A DNA stretch of 64,000 bases, taken from NCBI RefSeq assembly GCF_041146345.1, contig NW_027191415.1, positions 868,001 to 932,000 of the forward strand, given 5' to 3'. Shown here one piece after another: positions 59,316 through 64,000 of the stretch. Origin of the DNA: Neodothiora populina. Taxonomy: Eukaryota. How positions within the stretch are numbered: the stretch's first letter is position 1; each line of letters opens with the position of its first letter. Made by a program: the position numbers and the translations under genes. Under the pieces are notes generated by a model. The model was not told the origin of the DNA. It searched no databases and worked only from the letters and a program-made list of their open reading frames with translations.

Positions 59316-59937
59316 TTCAGACTTTGCAAGACACGGGGCGCAGCCAGCCCGGTCGGCCAGCCGTTCCGTCCGCATTTCTTCCTGCTTGCTTTAGACAAAT
59401 TTTGGCGTTTGGAGCGTTGATGGTGGTGAAAGGAAGGAAGCAGAGGGTTTCTTTCTCTTTGTTTATTTGTTCGCAGTTCAGAGCGACAAAAACAGGAATG
59501 AAAGAAAAGGTATCTTCACTCTTATGCGCATTTTCTGACGGATTAATCTTCCATGGGTGACATATAAAAATAGCGCAGCTATGGAGACCATCACTTGTGT
59601 TTTTGTCGCGGGTCACAGAAAAACAACCCTTTCTTCTCTTGTATTATGCACAAATATACTTTTTATCTACATGAACAGCTTGCAAGTGTCCAATACCGCA
59701 TCGGAGGCAAGATAAGCTAGATCTTTTACCTCGCATCCTGCAAGATCTAATAGCCGTATCGTAAGGAAGGTGCAGCACGAATCTAACCACAACGAGTTGG
59801 ACCGCAGCAAAACTTGTTCACTCATCCACTCACTCTGCAGCTATCAGCAGAACCTTCAGACATGTATCTACCGCATTAGTCAAGCAACCTCTGCTGTGCA
59901 CAACCATTTAGATACGGAATGATTTTTCAGCCAACGA

Positions 59938-62900
59938 TCATTGCCGCCAAACATCAATCCCTACTCCACAGATCATAACCGTAGCTTTCCCTGCCTGCCC
60001 TCCTCGATCAAGAACAACCATATTAGACGGATCGGCAACAGGCGTGAATTCTCGCTGCACTCTCCTCACCGAAACTCCTTCTATCCCTTGCTTCTCGGAC
60101 GCGAGCGACACGTCCCAGACTTTGAGTTGTTGGTCGAGACCGGTGCTTGCGAGCCTGGTCTTGCCAGACTCTGATGAGGCGTCGAGTAACGCGAGGCTGG
60201 TGACGGCTGCGGCGTGCGCTCGGGGGACGAGTAAGGTTGCCATCTGAGATGTGCATTGTCAGTCGATTTTCGAAGTGCTGTGTCTGGGGAGTTGTCTTAC
60301 CTTTGGGACACCTTTCGTGTCAGCGTCCCACGTGCATCTGGTGATTGCAAAGCCGCAGTCGTCTCCTGCTGTTATCAGGATACAGTCTTGGTTGTCGTCG
60401 ATCCAGTGGATCAGCATGCTGTGTATTGCGCTTTGGTGTACCCGGTGTCGCACGTTCCAGGCTAATACGGCTGTGTCTTGCTCTTGTGGTTCGTTGGTAC
60501 CATCTGCATGCAAGCCCATTGGCCACAGTGCTACGTGTCCGTCTGTTCCGGCCGTGACCAGTGTTCTTCCATCGTCCGGACGGATGTCTAGGCATTGCGT
60601 GAGGCATGATGTCAGGTAATTGCCCGTGTAGAGCGTTTTCCACTCGCCGCGATCAAGCGCTGAAGTGTAGGAATAGACCCTCACTGTCGAGTCTGAACGG
60701 ACGAGGCTGATTGTAAATTCAGATACGTCTTGGTCACTTGAGCGAGTACCGGTTTCCACGGCTGAGAAGCTCATGATTCTGAGGTCCGGCATGTCACTTT
60801 CCACAGGACATGCCGACTCGCAGAAGACGCCCATGCCGATCAAGGGGACAGACTTGGTTCTCCATACAAAGAACTCTTCGAATCCTCCGCTGCTGAAAAG
60901 ATAACGGCCGTCAGAAGACCATTGCAGATCCTGGATACCAGTGTTGTGTTTTCTGAGAGTCCTTATGCATTGGAAGTTCCCTGGCTGCCCTGGATTTTGG
61001 GACTTGTCGTATACAGAAATCTTGATGTTTGTGTCTTCTGAGCCAGTTGCGAAGACTCGGCCGTGAGGCAGTGCGCTATTGGCATCTGACGGCCTCACTG
61101 CTACAGCCTTGATCTCTCGGCCGTGGCCGCCACCGTCAATCCTGCTCATTGCCATCGGGGCATGCGAGGAGAGGCACAGATTGGACGCTTTAATCCAGGC
61201 AAACGCGCTTGAGCTGCTGTCCTCGGAGGGCTCGAACTTCCACAGACGGTTCGCTCCACCACAATCCACCGTCAAGACTTCTTTCTCTTCAAGCATATCC
61301 ACAACGACGAATTGCTTAGACTGGAAGCCCCAGCATATCACCTCGTTGGTATCCTGGCGTACGCGGAGCCCTTCGATGACCATACCAGCTGGGAGGCTTA
61401 TACGATTGGTCACTTGTAGGTGTGTTATGTTGTCCAGGTGTTGAGACATTTGCAGCGCTGCAAACACTCCGTCTCTGCCCACAGAGAAGATGTGACCATG
61501 AGAACCGCTTCGTGAGTTATCCGGAACCCATGCCAGATCTGTGATCGCATCGACTCCGTGCACATGATCCAAGAAAGCATCGTGTGCTACAGGGGTGACA
61601 GAAGCAGTTGTTGATGGCAAAGTGAATATCGCCACTCCCCCAACTCTCGAACCAAGAGCAATTTGTGGAGTTGTTTGCTCGCCCCCTGGTTGGTGAAATG
61701 GTAGGAATGCAGTGACGGTGAAGTGAGCCGGCAGATCCAGGGTCCATTCAACCACGTTTTCAAACCCCTGATTCCTGCGTTCAAGCAGTATCAAAGTTGC
61801 TTGTTTGGCCTCGATGTTCGTCACGAGCAAATAGACTTTTGACTCAAGAGCGTTTGGATCATGTAGCTCCCGCGCAAATAACCCTGCTGTCTTTCCCTGA
61901 CACTTGGTCAATGTATGTATGCTAGGCGAGTCTTTGCCAGAAAGTATGAGGACTGTGCCGCCTATGCCTGCCAAGAAAGCAACAGATCGGCGGATCAGGC
62001 TTGTCACAACAGAGTAGCCGCGCAGTGTAGACTCCGTGGAAATGAGTCTGCAAGTGAAATCGGGAGGTGTGTCTGTCTTTTTCCCTTGGGCTGGGTGTAG
62101 CAAAAAGACACTTCCAGAGTTTGTGGATACTACCAGAGATTCTTCGTTAAGGAAAGCAAAGCCACGGAACTTGTCGGGCGTTTTGGTGAGCTCGGCTGGA
62201 GCACCAGACAGGACATCGTTGAGAGACCAGGTCTGAAAGAGATCGGTCTGAACAGCAAAGGGCGTATCATGCTCACTTAGCACTACTCTGCCGTCTGCGC
62301 CCCCTGTGGCAATCGTCAAGCTGCCTTTGGGATTTCTAGCAACAGCAGAGGCCCAGATATTCTTGCCAGAATGCGCATGTGTCTTTGACAATTGCATGAG
62401 TGGGGAGGGTTCATCGGTCGATGAAGTAGCCCCCGGCAGTGGTGGAGTGAATTTCCAGAGTAAAGAAGATGCGTCTTCTCCATAAGACGCGAGATAAGTT
62501 GACGTAGCATTCGACGGACATGGCAGGAAGCGTATGTCCCATATGCGTGAAGCATGAGCCCATACCTTTGCAATGCAGTTGCCAGAGATTGTCTTGTCCG
62601 GCAAAGCGTCTGCAACATTGACGCCAAAGCCAGTGTCTCTAGCAGAACGCAAGTCCGACGCTGCCTGAGGGTCCAGGGGCGTCTCTGACAAGTTCGAAAT
62701 GTCCCACAATCGAATGGTCCGATCATCGCTACAGCTTGCGAGAAGTGATGCATGACGCTCACCTGAGGTTGTCGTTTCTGATTCAAGCATACGCACTCCG
62801 AATATCGAGCCTTCGTGGCCACAGATGAGTTGGTGCAAGACAGACTTGGACAGATCATTGTGACCACGGTGGTAAGACCATAGGATAATCTCGCCAAACA

Positions 62901-63467
62901 CGGTTCCGGAAGCAATCAGGATATGGTCTTGCGAGAGCCAACATATGTTTGCCGAGTAGAGGATGCATCTAGAGGTATATGTGAGATGAGTGATTTCTAC
63001 ACCATGTGACGATGTGACATCGAGATCCAGCAAGAGCAGAGCATTATGCGCAGTCAGAGCAGCAGCAAGGCAGTGGACGTCAGCATGCGCACGAGGGCAA
63101 AGGGCAATGTCCAGTATCCAATCGTCAGCCTGAGCTGTCGATATCGGCTGGACGACGTTCTGGGCCTCTGAGAAAGCAAGAAGACGGAAGACGCTTATGA
63201 ATGGACCACCCCATACGATGGCCGTGTCTCCTGACAATACAATTCCATGGATGGCGTGTGAGGCAAAGACACGATGGGATTGAACGACAGCATTGTCGCC
63301 TCGATTGTATATCTTCAGCAATGGTCCTTGGCCAGCAAATAGGTGATGCTCGCTAAAAGCCAGCGCGGTCACGGGGACACGATGATGTGCATGCTGAAAT
63401 TTTATTGAGTTGAATGTTCAAGTAGGGAGAAACAGATGGAGCCGGGGTTTCGACTTACCTGAAGCAT
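59938..63467 (-). CDS. TRM734: WD40 protein WDR6/Trm734 (Rtt10) family, regulatory subunit of the tRNA 2'-O-methyltransferase; exons 63467-63459, 63393-60301, 60243-59938
   Basis: MLQ|HAHHRVPVTALAF; CILYSA...IASGTVFGEIILW; GHEGSIFGV...SCSDDRTIRLW; HASRIW; HSGKNIW; VDCGGANR; HGREIK...TGSEDT; HQSAI; AHAAAVT...DQ. Confidence 0.85.
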
Positions 63468-64000
63468 CAGGACAAGCACAGTGTTTGTGGAATGGGGCAA
63501 GAGTCGAGATGGCTACCCCCACCATATATAAGTGAAAAATCCAGGTGTAATGATTTTGGCAGGCAGTCCACAAAGATGTGATGTCCGAGACCTCACGCTG
63601 ATATGCAGCCGGCTGGTGAAGACGTTCAGTTCAGTCCATTACATATATCTACCAGCGCCACTTCCAGATGTAATACCTTGTGCTATTAAATGCTGGATGC
63701 CATATGGATATCACATGTTCTGGCAGAATATACTGTACATGTACAACAGAGGCTTGGCAGCAATTCTCAAAGACAATTAAGGTTGCGACTTCTTGAAGAT
63801 TAGCGTCGGGGTTTGGACGAGTTCCTGCCGATAACGTCGGAAATCTTCTGGATCGTCTTTTTACAGAAAGTTACTGTATAATTATTCTTATCATTGTTTC
63901 ATCCACCGTAATAGCCATTCCTCACCACTTGGCGCAATCGGCAAACATGTGTTGATCGAACAAACAGATCGTCAGAACACATAACCTCGGACTGAGCAGC

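Overview
Gene-dense eukaryotic DNA from a filamentous ascomycete. A Dothideomycete is my inference from protein style and short CTRAC-branch introns. By manual splicing I can support 19 protein-coding genes and one intron-containing tRNA-Glu(CTC). In order: creC, a creD-type arrestin, tRNA-Glu, DOA4 and VPS27 (head-to-head), a GT32 glycosyltransferase, an alpha/beta-hydrolase-fold protein, exgD (GH5), UFD4, an Smr-domain protein, a FucP-family MFS transporter, an RGG-rich protein, MEU1/MTAP, acuK, IKS1, TFB3 and BUD27 (head-to-head), DPH2 and TIM17 (head-to-head), and TRM734/WDR6. I see no intact mobile element, no CRISPR array and no secondary-metabolite cluster. The signals most worth following up are: two unusually long creC introns with extensive base-pairing potential; a splice-state-dependent dual start in creD; clustering of ubiquitin/endosomal-sorting and carbon-regulation genes; and an intergenic-enriched TAC(A/T)GTA motif. 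None of these is proven to be a new system. All family calls come from recognising motifs, not from database searches.
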